DNA of 62,854 nucleotides, counting the filler, from Gonapodya sp. JEL0774 (Eukaryota): NCBI GenBank assembly GCA_027604505.1. It is 19 parts of 19 records of this genome, joined end to end, with 100 filler letters (N's around TTAATTAATTAA, not from the genome) between each part and the next. Parts side by side here need not be neighbours in the genome. Positions count along the whole stretch, not along the records: positions 26,620 to 29,830 come from JADIIX010001399.1; positions 29,931 to 33,139 come from JADIIX010001400.1; positions 33,240 to 36,444 come from JADIIX010001401.1; positions 36,545 to 39,748 come from JADIIX010001402.1; 15 more parts are not named here. One strand, given 5' to 3'. Below the pieces are notes generated by a model, which was given only the letters and a program-made list of their open reading frames with translations, ran no database searches and had not been told where the DNA came from. Of the stretch, positions 26,620 through 38,754 are shown one piece after another; position 1 is the stretch's first letter, and every line of letters starts with the position of its first letter. A program made the position numbers and the translations under genes.

Positions 26620-27230
26620 GTTTCCAGATAATCCGAGTGGTCTTGAAGATGAAACCTCACACAGCAGCCAGTGTGACTATGTTGAGTGATGTATCAAGGG
26701 GTTCAGAGCGCGATAGTGCTGCTCTTCCATCCCAACATCAGAGGAATGACACGGGGAGTTGGGGTATGACAGTCAACCTGAAATGGTACCGTATTCTGGA
26801 TTCACTTTCTTTACAAGATCGCAAAGCCGACCGTCTTCTCGCCACTAGCCCCTTCGTTGTCCTGTGCAAGGCTTCCAAGTCCCAGTCCCAGACTCCAGTC
26901 AATCTGTGGGAATCTCCCATTCAACTCTCCACCCCGCACTCACGAATACCGTGTCTGCTCCGAAGTTCTTGTCTCTTCCGCAATCAAGATCTCTTCTCTT
27001 GCGATATCGCAGGCGCTCGGAAGGAATGAGCCGAATGGCTTTTCTTTGAGGTTGACGTCATGTCCGAGTTCGATGTGTTTGGTCCGTGGAGACCACTTCC
27101 ACAACGTCTGTAGTGCGGTGCGGTGCTTTGAGTGGGATGAAGAAGGTAATACAGAAACTCACTGAAAGTTGGCAACGAAAAGATGACGTGGGTTTAGGCC
27201 GGGCTTGCTCTGATGCGGTTACATCCATCC
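26620..27230 (-). CDS. 5' part of an unidentified multi-exon gene divergent from SPAG6
   Basis: Protein-like exon pieces (IELGHDVNLKEKPFGSFLPSACDIAREEIL; LTGVWDWDLEALHRTTKGL) bounded by GT/AG sites. Confidence 0.35.
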
Positions 27231-27857
27231 ATTTATTCTCATCTCAAAATCTAAAGCTGCGCGTCGCCTCATATTATTGTTGATTTCATTGATCGCCGAA
27301 TGGGACCTCGTGAGTATCCTGTTTTGGGGCGAATCATGCTTGCCGGATGCGGGCAAGTCTTTGCCGGAAGAATCTCTCCTTTATAAGCACCCGGTGGCGC
27401 TATCGGCATCCAATTCAACATGCGAACTTGTGAAATTTACTCAGTGGAAGTATTGAACGATACCCTCTAGGGTAAACTAACGTTAACTCTTGTTGACAAA
27501 CCCGAGAAACGGCCAACTATTCGAGTACCAAACTCTAATCATCCGGTCAGATCGCTGATATTGGTGTATTGGTCCAGCCCTCTTGCTCTGCATTTGCAAA
27601 TGTGCGGGTTTGCGCAATCTGGACCGCAGTCGGTGTCTTCGCACAGACTTCGCACGAGTGATCGGACACCGAAACTCCTGCAGAATTCCATCAAGGACAA
27701 ACAAAAGATTGCCGAATCTGTGGATTGATTTATTACGTCATCTCACTTTCCCGATTTGGAAGGTTGATCTGTCTGCCGGTTGACGTCATTCATCTTTCAC
27801 TCTCTGCGTCATCTCAACAACAACAACACACACGCATCACTCGGCACTCAGCCAACA

Positions 27858-29830
27858 ATGTCTCCCACTGTCTCCCCTCCCCGCGCTCCCACTTCAAACT
27901 CAAAACGCCCACCGCTCGCTCAGTCACCCCAACCGCAGTCTTCCCTCCCCACAGCTGCGCACAGACAACTCATCACACTTTTTGACCGCTACCAGCGCGA
28001 ACGTTTGCTTTTTGCTCAGTCTATATCTGAACTCTCGGCCAGGGACAACACCGCCGACTTGCTCGCTGCAGCCGGAGCCACCAGATTGTTGAGACCCCTG
28101 CTGGTCGATCAGGTGCCCGCGGTCCAGCAGGCGGCGGCCATGGCTGTGGGCAGGATGGCGGGGTGGTCGGAGGAGGTGGCTAGGGAGGTTGTCAGGGAGG
28201 GGATACTGGAAGGTGTTGTGGTTGGGTTAGTGGATGGGAATGTGAGTGTGTGGTTGGTCAGACGGGGAAAGGGCAGTGGGAAAGATCCGTTTTGGGTTAT
28301 TTGATGGCGACTACGGAGGAGCGTGGGTCGAGTGTTGTGCTCTTGTGAACGTGTGAATGGATCGATATCGAGTTGGACGCTAGGTGGGGGACCGCACTCA
28401 TTCCCCTTCTCTCTATACGCCTTTTCTCCAACTACCTCCACAGCGCTTCTACAAGAAAGCATCGGCCTTTGTTCTCCGCTCCGTCGCCAAACACTCTCCC
28501 AGCCTCGCACTTGCCGTCGCCGACGCAGGCGCCCTTCCGGCCCTCGCTCGCTGCATCGAGGATTTCGATCCACAGGTCAAGGAAGGTGCGGTGTGGGCTG
28601 TGGGGTACGTGGCAAGACAGAATGCGGGTGAGTATCGTGGAGGGTTGACGTGATCGGTCGGCTGTGTGACCAATTACGTGGTGGATTGTGCGAGCAATTC
28701 AGCTCTGATCCAGTATTCTCACATGAAGTAATTTATTTCCTGTACCTACGTCACCGTATCACGCTACTCCCCTCGTACCTCCCATCCCCTCCCAGACCTC
28801 GCCCACCGCGTCGTCTCCTCCTCCCTCCTCCCCCTCCTCGTCCTCTGCCTCCAAGAGCCCTCCACGCCTCTCAAACGCGTGGCCGCCAGCGCCCTCTCCG
28901 ACATCGCCAAACACACCCCGACCCTGGCTCGTGCCTGCCTGGACGCCCTGGCCGTCCGCCACCTGTGTCCCCTGGTGACCCACGCCGACGCCAAGTTGAG
29001 ACGGCAGGCCATGTCGGCGCTGGGGCAGGTGGCCAAGCATGGGATTGATATGGCGGAGACGGTCGTGGACGGGCAAGGATGGGGGGGTGACGGGGCAATG
29101 GTCGTGGAGGCGATCGTGAGGGGGGTGAGGGACGAGGACGCGGCGGTGAGGAGGGCGGCGGGGACGTTGGTGTGTGAGATTGTGAAGCACTCGGAGGAGG
29201 TATGTGGTGTGTGGGGGGGGGGGGGTTAGGGGGTCTCCATTTGAGACCAGTGGTTCTACATACACACGACTCACTCACTCACCCCGCGCCGCCCCCGAAC
29301 CCCCCAGCTCTCCCAACTCCTCGTCAACTCGGGCGCCCTCTCCCCGCTCATCGAGTCCCTCTCTTCCACCTCGGGCATCGCCCGCTTGCCCTCCATCATG
29401 GCCCTTGGGTACATCTCCGCGTTCGGTGAGGCCTTGGCGCTCGCGGTGGCGGTGTCGGGAGGGGTCGAGGCGGTCGCGGGGGCTTTGGTGCAGGATGAGG
29501 AGGGGGTGGTGAAGGTGGGTTCATGTGGAGTGTGGGTGGAGAAGAGGCGGAGGGCGAGTTTAGAGACCGAGCTCCGTTGGCTTTCCACCCTCGTCCCCCA
29601 TAACGTACCACCCCCGGCCTCCAGTCCGCCTGCGCATGGACGCTGGGCCAGATCGGCCGGCACAGTCCAGAACACGCCCGGGCCGTAGCCGCGTCGGGGG
29701 CCTTGCTGAGACTCGCGGAGATCGTGGCGGCCCACGACGGCACGGTGCTCAAGACGGGTGGATCGGACCACGCCGACACCATGCGGCCGGCGACTCCACC
29801 CAACGCAGATCTCTCGGCGGACCACACCGT
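27858..29830 (+). CDS. SPAG6: Axonemal central-pair armadillo-repeat protein SPAG6/PF16, 3' truncated
   Basis: FDRYQRERLLFAQSISELS...LRPLLVDQVPAVQQAAAMAVGRMA; RFYKKASAFVLRSVAKHSP; CIEDFDPQVKEGAVWAVGYVAR; LKRVAASALSDIAKHT; PSIMALGYISAF. Confidence 0.95.
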
Positions 29831-30181
29831 NNNNNNNNNNNNNNNNNNNNNNNNNNNNNNNNNNNNNNNNNNNNTTAATTAATTAANNNNNNNNNNNNNN
29901 NNNNNNNNNNNNNNNNNNNNNNNNNNNNNNTTGAATGGATATTGGGAAGAGAGGGGGGCAAGACGGGAAGAGCAGTTGTTGAGTTTGGGAAGGTGAATGG
30001 TGAAACGAAAATAAATGGAGGCAGCGCTAGAAGTTGAGGGGTCCTAAGTCGAAATGGTGTTCTGTCTCTTCGTAAGAGATGGCATGTACTTGGAATCTTG
30101 GCGATGACCGAGACTCAGTGGAATATGTCAACTTCTTCACGATTCAATGTCTGTTAACCCTCCTCCTCCCTATCCCTCCAG

Positions 30182-30532
30182 ACCACCGGCCTTACCGGCC
30201 TCGCCGTCCACCCCAATCCCCGCCCCGCCCTCATCTCCCTCTACCAAAAAACCCTAGCCGAACTCTCCTCTATCCCCCCGACAGCCCTGTACCGCCAATC
30301 CGTCACCGCCCTCACCTCCCACCGTCTCCGCATAGTCGAGTCCACCGAAGACCTGACCAAGATCGAGCACGAGATTGCCGCGGGACAGGTTGAGGAACTC
30401 ATCCAGCAGGCACAGGACGAGCTGGGGCTCGTCGGCAAGGTCAAGGAGTGGAAGGTTTGGGAGGAACTCGAGGAGAAGGAGCCGGAGAAGCAGTGGGAGT
30501 ACAACTTCTCGGAGAACAAGGGCTCTAGGTAG
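30182..30532 (+). CDS. NDUFA5: Complex I subunit NDUFA5 (B13), last exon
   Basis: TTGLTGLAVHPNPRPALISLYQKTL...YRQSVTALT...IEHEIAAGQVEELIQQAQDELGLV...WKVWEELEEKEPEKQWEY, preceded by a pyrimidine tract and AG. Confidence 0.93.
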   Translation, partial: TTGLTGLAVHPNPRPALISLYQKTLAELSSIPPTALYRQSVTALTSHRLRIVESTEDLTKIEHEIAAGQVEELIQQAQDELGLVGKVKEWKVWEELEEKEPEKQWEYNFSENKGSR

Positions 30533-31185
30533 ATTGGGAGCTGAGGGTGGACTTTCATCGTTACGGAGGGGTTGAGGGACCTGCCAGTGTTGGCGAGGCG
30601 GAAGCCAGGTAGTTATAGCTCATGTATGCGGGAACGGCTCTCTCCGATCGTTGCGTTCGACCGTGGAGAGTTGTCATTTGGTGTATACGTGCTACCGTGT
30701 CAATCACACACTTAAAAGGATCACATTACCCGTTCTTACTGCTCCACTCTAGCCCAGAAGCTAAGAACCGATGTTTATGAGACATATGACTCTTGGAAAA
30801 CTGTCTGCGAGATTAGGATCTCCGAGTAGCTTTAAGATCGGAGAAATTTATGACTCTGCAGAGTCCCGTGGATACATGTGGCCGCCGGAAGTCAACTTGC
30901 CTCGCATATATCCATCTTTCCCGAGTGTGAATGTGCAGGCGGCACCAGTAAGGATCAGAACAGGGAAGAGGGGGGTGTTGTTATTGTGCTTGCGAATGGA
31001 TCTTGATTATAGCGCGCAATTAGTTAACTATAGTTCTGAAGTTTCCGAGATTTCAGTGCTTTCTCCAGGGTCACTGCGTCCGGTTCAACCGGAGCAGGCA
31101 GGCGGACAGATCGCACGTCAGAGTTCACCCGCACCACCAACGCAAACCAAACCAAACCCATCACCGCGCGAGATTCCACAAGAAA

Positions 31186-32908
31186 ATGCAAAACCCTCAA
31201 GATATTCACCTGATCGAGGCAGTCGAAGCAGGAGACGCAGCTCGCGTTCGCCAACTCCTCTCCAGACAGGGGCTTCACGCGGCGAATGCCCATGTTCGAA
31301 AAAGAGTCAAGCTCCAGGCACAGGTGAACACCGGCGATCATGTCACGAAACAAACCGAAACCATCGAATGCGAGTCGGTTCTGAGTTTGGCCATCATGTA
31401 CGGGTTCGCAGAGGTTGTTGTTGCCTTGCTGGAACACGGCGCGGACCCGAATGCACGGATCGAATGGAAGCTCGCCAACAAGTTCCATGCGTGGGGAGCT
31501 GAAGACTGGTCACGCAGACGATGGTGGTACACTCATTCTTTTCCCAATGCTTTGTCACTCGCACTCGCATGCGGTGGAACGTATTGTGGTTGGGATGGAC
31601 GGACCGGGGTCATTCCTCAAAAGGAGGACGGATCGATGGGTGTAAACAAGCTAGGCGGCCTTGTTCGGATCGATGGAAGTAAACGGCGGGATACGTTTGT
31701 CAAAGTCACAATGAGGCCGCACATGGACATCGTCATTCATCTTCTGAGACACGAGACAGTGGTGACCGAGAGCCTTTTGAACCACGCAAAAGAGTTGAAG
31801 GACACTCGGTATTTTGATGTGCTTCAGAGGCACGTTGCAGAGTTGGAGAGCCGTCGTTGGCTTCCTTCCCTCCCCCGCCAGGCCAGCTCTCCGTCTCCTC
31901 CTCCTCCTGGAAAGCCAGCACCACCACCTCAGCCGTATCGCAGTCCATATGGATGAACTTTCTCTCCGTGCCGCAGTCTACGAAAGTAAAGTTACTGTCC
32001 TCGAAAACCAACTGGCAGAAATCACGCTGCAACACTCGTCACTAAAATCAAATCACGAAAAACTGCAGTTGGAAAACAAAGCAAATTTGGCAAAAATTGC
32101 AGCGCTTGAAGCCGAGCTGGCGATTCTCCGCGGACAATCCTCTTCTTCTGTGGATGCTGAATGTCTGAAGGAGCAGCCTGCTCCAGTTTTCCCCAAAACC
32201 ATCAAAGCTGTGACGCTTGCAGCTTCAGATTTCACTGCAAGAGCAGACGATGAGATCGATCTCAAAGTAGGAGATGAGGTGTTTGTAGAGTTGCAATTCG
32301 GGGATGGCTGGGGCTTGGTAAGTTCTAATTTTTGCCTACTCCATGGAATGAAAATACTGGCATTCATCCCCTGATTTGTACACAAATGACGTCTACCGCA
32401 TTTTTCAACCGCTCAGGGTGTCAACCACCGCACCGGATCTTCAGGCCACTTTCCACTTTCCTGCGTCAGTCTGCTTTCCAACACGCGAACTGAGTCCCTC
32501 AGAAGCACGGTCACCTGGCAAACGGATTCCCTCAGAAGCACTGCCACCGGGGGGTCAGGTGCGCCATTGCCGGCCGCGCATATGGCACTGGCAACCTCAA
32601 ATGGACAGCCCAACGGTCGAACCAACTTTATCTTGCCTCAGACACTTGCAGCCGACACTTATGATACCCAAATACATGAATCACACCCTCATGTACCTGG
32701 CACACGCTCCTTACCGCGTATTCCTACTGTTAGGTCTACAACACCGCATGCGGTTCGGAGACGGGCGATGACAATGCCAGACGAAAGCGACTTAATTTGG
32801 GGTGGAGTTTTAACGGAGAGCGGAATTTTGGTGGCTGGGGGCGGAAATGATGGTGGAGGCGATGATGAGCTCGTGCGATCGCGACGGATTTCCTGGGAGG
32901 GGCGGTGA
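31186..32908 (+). CDS. Ankyrin-repeat, coiled-coil and SH3 protein, with a frame break near 31950
   Basis: Ankyrin: LIEAVEAGDAARVRQLL, SVLSLAIMYGFAEVVVALLEHGADPNAR. SH3: DFTARADDEIDLKVGDEV...GDGWGL|GVNHRTGSSGHFPLSCV (intron 32318-32416). Confidence 0.75.
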
Positions 32909-33239
32909 CACCCAAACGTGCACTTTCTTGTGTGAGTAGATGCTATGTGCACTTGCCCGAACGTGGGTGAACGCTTTCGTAGTGTGAAGGTTGTACAATA
33001 ATGTAACTAAACTGTGCATTACATAAGCCTCTTTGGAATCTAGAAACCCAAGAATTTCGTTAATACATCGAATACCTTGATACGATTAGAAATTCATATA
33101 GAGAGCGAGAGACTTGATACTGGGAGACCCGGAGCGATTNNNNNNNNNNNNNNNNNNNNNNNNNNNNNNNNNNNNNNNNNNNNTTAATTAATTAANNNNN
33201 NNNNNNNNNNNNNNNNNNNNNNNNNNNNNNNNNNNNNNN

Positions 33240-33844
33240 GACATTGGCATTAACCATGCTGGACACCGAACTGGAGTGGACGCCTTGCAGAGGTAAAGCA
33301 TGCCCCTCCGTAGTCACTACAGTTCCACCACCTTTAGCAGAATTCATTCCGTTTGCTTCAATCTGCATCAGGGGTCATAATGCTAAGTAATGAGACAACT
33401 GCTCAGGAGTGCGATGGACGAGAATTCATGCCTCACATGAGCAGGCTGACCATTCTCCAGTAGTTTCTGCTCCAACGCTTTGAGCTTCTGTTCCAAGGAG
33501 ATGGCATACTCCAGCCGAAGTTTGCTTGGTGGCTCACGATCGTAACCGCAGTCTTTGTTCAGACGCTTGCAGTAACCGCATGGGCTGGAAGACCCAGGCA
33601 CTGTCTTAATGATATAGTGGCATCCAAAATGAAGCGAAGCCCTCACTTGCCGCCATCACATCGCTTTTTCGAAGCATGGCAACTTTGTTTTAGGGCGGAA
33701 GAGGGGTGATTTGAGATGCGGTGAAAAATCAAAACTGACAGGGGATCCTCACTTGTCACATGCCAGATTGACTCGCTTCTTCACACTGTCACCATGCAAG
33801 AAAACTCTTGTAGGCAGAGTTGTTGGTTGATCGCCTGGGAGCAT
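33240..33844 (-). CDS. Zn(II)2Cys6 fungal transcription factor, 5' part
   Basis: Spliced KRVNLACD(K)|CHASKKRCDGG|PCGYCKRLNKDCGY followed by a coiled coil LEQKLKALEQKL. Confidence 0.88.
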
Positions 33845-36544
33845 CCCAATGGGCTCGAAGGAAAATGTTTTGATTCCGTGCCGGCTGGACGGAGGAACAC
33901 AAACCCCTTCCACAGGTTCAGGTCCTGGGAGTCAATAAATCAGGCAACACCAAAACCTCTGCGATGCGCTGGCGCTCATGCGATAGGGTATCCTGAATGT
34001 CTGTTGGCGTACAGTACATACCTATTATCTAAGGTATGCGCACTCTGTTTACTCAGAAAACCCTGCATTCAAAGCATCGAAATATGTATGTAGTTTCTTG
34101 CCAAGGTCACTTTGGAGAGATCATTCTGGTGGCATGACCAACTCCTCGTTCATTTGGAGAGAATTTCAATAGTTTGACTCAAAAGACGACCTCGAGGATG
34201 ATTATTGAATGTCCCCGTCTGATTCATTCCTTTACAACGCGGCTCTGAAGCGCTTAAGCCACACTCGTACTCCATATGCTTCTATAGTATTGCTTGTGGC
34301 ATTTGCGGGGGGTTGTATGAAGTGAGGCTCATGGGACAATTAGTGGAAGGTGGTCGAGAATACAACAAAATGATGGGCAATGCGAAAGAAACAAATTCTT
34401 GGTGCCTTCTCACAGCATTCTCCCTTGTACAGGCAACCTTCTGATGCTCTCGCTCTGCCGGCAGATAATAGGGTAGATTTGGCCGCCACTGACAAATCAC
34501 AGCGCGTCACGAATGATTCACATAGGGAGCGTCCAATACAAAATTAAAACTGTCAAACTTCGAAGCTTCTCCTCTGGATTCTCTGGATACGCAGATCCGG
34601 AAAGATTTACATTTACGGGGGACATGCGTGTGGGAAGACAATCAAATCTCGGTTGTTCAGCCTCCTCCCGAAATCCACGTCACTGTTTTATTTTCTCGCT
34701 GTGTTGAACGTGGTCTGAGAACGCTTAAGCTGCTCCAAGAATTATTAAATGTGTTCCATAAGTTTGTTTATTGGCCTCCCTGGCCGCAGCCCTCATGAAC
34801 AAAACGGAGTGCTGTGGTTGAATTTCCCCTTTCCCAACAACAGCTCAACCCCCGGACACCGTGTCAAGAGACTCTGCCGTCCGTCGCAATTCAGCTTATC
34901 ACGCGGGGTTTCGGCTTCGTTCCGGTATCTCACTAGGGTTCACTCTGTGTAAAGCCGCGGGACCTGAACGGGTGTGACGGTAGAGGACGGACAGCGGACG
35001 CGACTTAGGGTTTGGGCTTGGGCGGAGCGCCAGGACTTGGACGCAGGACGTGGGAACAAGGGACGGGCGTGGATATTGGAGCGTGAGGTACAACGAGATT
35101 GCGTGTTTGCTAGCCCAAAGTTTCTCGACTATCTTCCGCTCCCGCCATCAGGACTGGACGGGAGGAGCGTCGGTACGATGGGAAGGGAGAAGGCGTCACC
35201 GGGGAAGCCGGCGTGGCTCGGGACGGGAAGTGGCGACCACGTGGGCGCGTCGTCCGTCCACCTCTCTGTGGTGCGCTCTATCAACGTCGTGTTCCCTCAC
35301 ACTCCCCGGGACACGGCGGCCGAGAGACGGGCAATCAGTTTTAGACTCAGTAGTAGCATGGTCACTTCTTGTAATCTATTCCAAATGTAACGTGGGGTTT
35401 CTGGCGCCCTACCACAAGTTCATCTGTTGGCTCATGGTGTGTCAGTCCCGCCCGAGAATCATGTAATCATTCGGCCGAATGGTGAGTACCGCGCTGCCTT
35501 GCATGTGACATACGTCGTAGTATTGTGGAACCGCCCGTTTTGCGTCGTCGCGTGGGTTTGCCTGAGAGGGGTGGCTCCTGGCTCCAATTGACCTTCCAAT
35601 TGCGCGGAGACGAAACCTCAACACTAACCAGGCGAATCTTGACGCTGCGAGCAAGCCACATTCATACATACCGTCTTGTCGCCTTGTGGGCTCTGTTGTT
35701 CTGTCGTTGAATTACCTCAACGCCAGCGGGAAGACCTGAGAGATGTTACAAAGATCTCAGGGTGATTGTTAGATGCACTTGCAGTTCTCATCTTGCTACT
35801 TTTTACTGTCCTATTATTATTGCAAATTCATCCCGAGTACGTTCGTTGGCTGTACTGCCTGGCATCACAGTTGAGTGCTTTCCACACTGGGTACACATTA
35901 ATGTTATCTTTCCTTTGGCAACGCTGCTTTGAACAACTCGTACTTGATATGTTTTCAAACATTACATATTACTTTGGGGTGGGTTTGTGTGAACTTGGGA
36001 GTTTGAGCAAGAAGTACTATCAACCCCACCATCCGCACAAGTGTCACTTAAGAATCGTGAGCCTGACGGCCTTCTGTCCCACTCTGTCACTCTCTTTCTT
36101 GTTCGCTTTTACCGAAAATGGCGAGCTCCGTTTCAGCGCCGAAAGAATCTCCGGTATGAAAGTGTTTCGAGAATGCTCGACCGACATCTTCTTCACCTTG
36201 CCATCTTACCTGTATTTCCTGGTCACCTTTCAGGCTGAGATCGCAGCCAACTTCCAGAAGATGTCGCAGGATGTAGTGAGTGGGCATTGTGCTGTGTCTG
36301 TCAGATGGTGCGGTTCACCATCTTGTTCGCTCATCACAGGAGGCATTGAGAGCCGAACTTCTCCGTATGGAAACGGACAAGGATGAAAATCAGTGAGAAC
36401 TTGTCACTCGCACCAGATGCTTTGGACTCCGTTTACCCTCTTGCNNNNNNNNNNNNNNNNNNNNNNNNNNNNNNNNNNNNNNNNNNNNTTAATTAATTAA
36501 NNNNNNNNNNNNNNNNNNNNNNNNNNNNNNNNNNNNNNNNNNNN

Positions 36545-36975
36545 GGGATGGGATGAAGATTCTGAAACTTTTCCAAATCTCATTCAGGATGAAGGATGGG
36601 ATGGGATGGGATGGGATGAAGGTTCTGAAACTTTTCCAAATCTCATTCAGGATGTGGATGGGATGGGATGGGATGGGATGAAGATTCTGAAACTTTTCCA
36701 AATCTCATTCAGGATGAGGATGGGATGGGATGGGATGAAGATTCTGAAACTTTTCCAAATCTCATTCAGGATGAAGGATGGGATGGGATGGGATGGGATG
36801 AAGATTCTGAAACTTTTCCAAATCTCATTCAGGATGGGATGAGATGGGATGGGATGAAGATTCTGAAACTTTTCCAAATCTCATTCAGGATGAAGGATGG
36901 GATGGGATGAAGATTCTGAAACTTTTCCAAATCTCATTCAGGATGTGGATGGGACGGGATGAAGATTCTGAAACT
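36545..36975. repeat. Compound tandem array: 33-bp core GAAGATTCTGAAACTTTTCCAAATCTCATTCAG separated by variable (GGATG)n tracts
   Basis: Seven full cores plus one partial, at about 36556, 36619, 36681, 36738, 36801, 36857, 36910 and 36962; period 52-63 bp; runs off the contig start. Confidence 0.95.
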
Positions 36976-37004
36976 GTTGTCAAAAAAAAGGACTAGAACG
37001 TAAA

Positions 37005-38051
37005 CTAATTTCGTCGTCGTCGACTTGATGAACCCGCTCCCCGACGGCTTTTGCGCCTACATCCACAACCACCCCCACCACTCACCGCGCTTGGAAGACT
37101 CAACTTGACTGTCGCAATCGCGTCTTTAATGGCTTTTTCATATGTTGCGGGGTGATGAAACTTTGGGCTCATGTCTGTGTGATACGTGAAAGATCGTGCT
37201 TCCCTATGCATCGGGATGACCTTGTTGCCGCATTGCGCCAGGTACACTACTTTGTTCTCTCCAGGCAAAGTTAATGAAGTAGTGTAGCGAGCGTGGGGGA
37301 CGATGTCGTGGTAGTATACGATACATGTACAGTGAGGTGCGACAATATCCTCCATACATGGTGGAACGCATGGAGGTGGCGCAAATGCAAAACCCTGGAG
37401 CATATCAGGGTTATCAGAAACATATTCTCCTCCCAAAGAAGCCATAATCATAATAAGGTACGCCGTGACTGCCGCGCCCAAGCTATGACCAATGACTTTT
37501 ACTTTTCCGCCATTTTGGAGCGCAGGAAGGGCATAACCGGCCCACACATTATGACCAGACTCAAATAAAATAGTTTCAGCTGCCTTAAGGAAGCCCGAGT
37601 GGACACGATTGGGTGAAAGTCCCACGCTAAAGTCTGTAAACCAATCGTTGATTTCTTCGGAACCCCTCACAACGATAGTAACATCTTTCGCGTCCTTCGA
37701 TGTGAAAATCACATAATATGGTGTCCAATGACCCGTTTGTTTGGAATAGAACACAAATCGCGACGCGTTATGCTTTGCACGTTCTTCCTGTCGACTTTTC
37801 ACGGCTGGGGTGATGACAAGTGTTTTCTTCATATCGTCGGAACGTACGTCTTCCGGGTGGAGTTTACTCCACGAAAAGACCGTGTGCGCGAGAGTCATAT
37901 ACTTTCCGAGTTCAATTAATCGGTCATATTGTGTCTGCGCTGGTCCCAGAGCCTTGTCGATCCCCGTCCCCGCATATTTGCAGATGGCGTCGTTGTCTTC
38001 TGTCCATAATTCCTCACATCTTTCTTTATAAATAGTCTTCCACGTCTCCAT
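37005..38051 (-). CDS. Intronless class 3 lipase (alpha/beta hydrolase)
   Basis: IVVRGS...DWFTDF, VHSGFLKAA, nucleophile GHSLG, FAFAPPP, Asp in DIVPH, C-terminal His (FHH). Single 348-aa ORF. Confidence 0.9.
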   Translation of the reverse strand: METWKTIYKERCEELWTEDNDAICKYAGTGIDKALGPAQTQYDRLIELGKYMTLAHTVFSWSKLHPEDVRSDDMKKTLVITPAVKSRQEERAKHNASRFVFYSKQTGHWTPYYVIFTSKDAKDVTIVVRGSEEINDWFTDFSVGLSPNRVHSGFLKAAETILFESGHNVWAGYALPALQNGGKVKVIGHSLGAAVTAYLIMIMASLGGEYVSDNPDMLQGFAFAPPPCVPPCMEDIVAPHCTCIVYYHDIVPHARYTTSLTLPGENKVVYLAQCGNKVIPMHREARSFTYHTDMSPKFHHPATYEKAIKDAIATVKLSLPSAVSGGGGCGCRRKSRRGAGSSSRRRRN

Positions 38052-38754
38052 GTCGTTGGGTTTGTTTGTTTTCTAGATCTCCAACTTACGAAAAAAGGAC
38101 AATCCCAATGCCATCCTGAAGGTTCCAGTATTTTCGCAGAGTTCAGTACATTCCTTGGAGTGATTGACGAATTGAAAATTTGGATCAACGCACCTGGCCA
38201 TCGGGCAATCAAGCGGATGTTGTGGTCGGATTGGGAGGCGCATGTGGCCAAAGACTTGCGCGAGTGCCCATGCCGCGGTCAACACACTTCCAACCATCAT
38301 GGCAAAAAGGGACCGATAGACCGGCCTGGCGGTACATAGGGAAAGCAACCATCCCACCACTATCAAGTCTCGCTGGGCCTCCCTTGTCTGGTCGACCAAT
38401 CGAGACCAACTCGCAACCTCCGCCTTCCCAACCCACACCGAGTTGTAGGCGGACAAAAGACCAGACCCCCTTATCACCGAAAACGACCGTTCAATCGTCC
38501 GATATGTTGAAAGGGACCTCTGATGGTACAGAGGGACTCCGTCGGATGCCGGAAAGGCGGTGCAAAGCCGAAGTATGTTTCGGTCAATTCCCCTCTTGAA
38601 CAACTCTGTTGAACACTATCAAAAAAAAAAAAAGGCGCAGCTGTATACTCTCCTCCGTCGCTTCAGGGATGTTACGGAATCGAACCACATTACTTCAACG
38701 ACAGGTGAATCCAACCCGAATCCCAAACCACTCGAATCTCTTGCAACGCAGAGG

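Noticed and set aside
35766..36444. 206-aa hydrophobic ORF
   Set aside because: Starts at a non-ATG codon and looks like read-through of introns and decayed exons; no recognisable family.
36489..36910. Repetitive ORFs (MGWDEDSETFPNLIQD...)
   Set aside because: Translations of the tandem array; unit lengths are not consistently multiples of three.
36545..36975. CRISPR-like appearance (33-bp constant repeat plus spacers)
   Set aside because: The spacers are only (GGATG)n variants rather than unique sequences, there are no cas genes, and the CorA-like gene is on a different contig.
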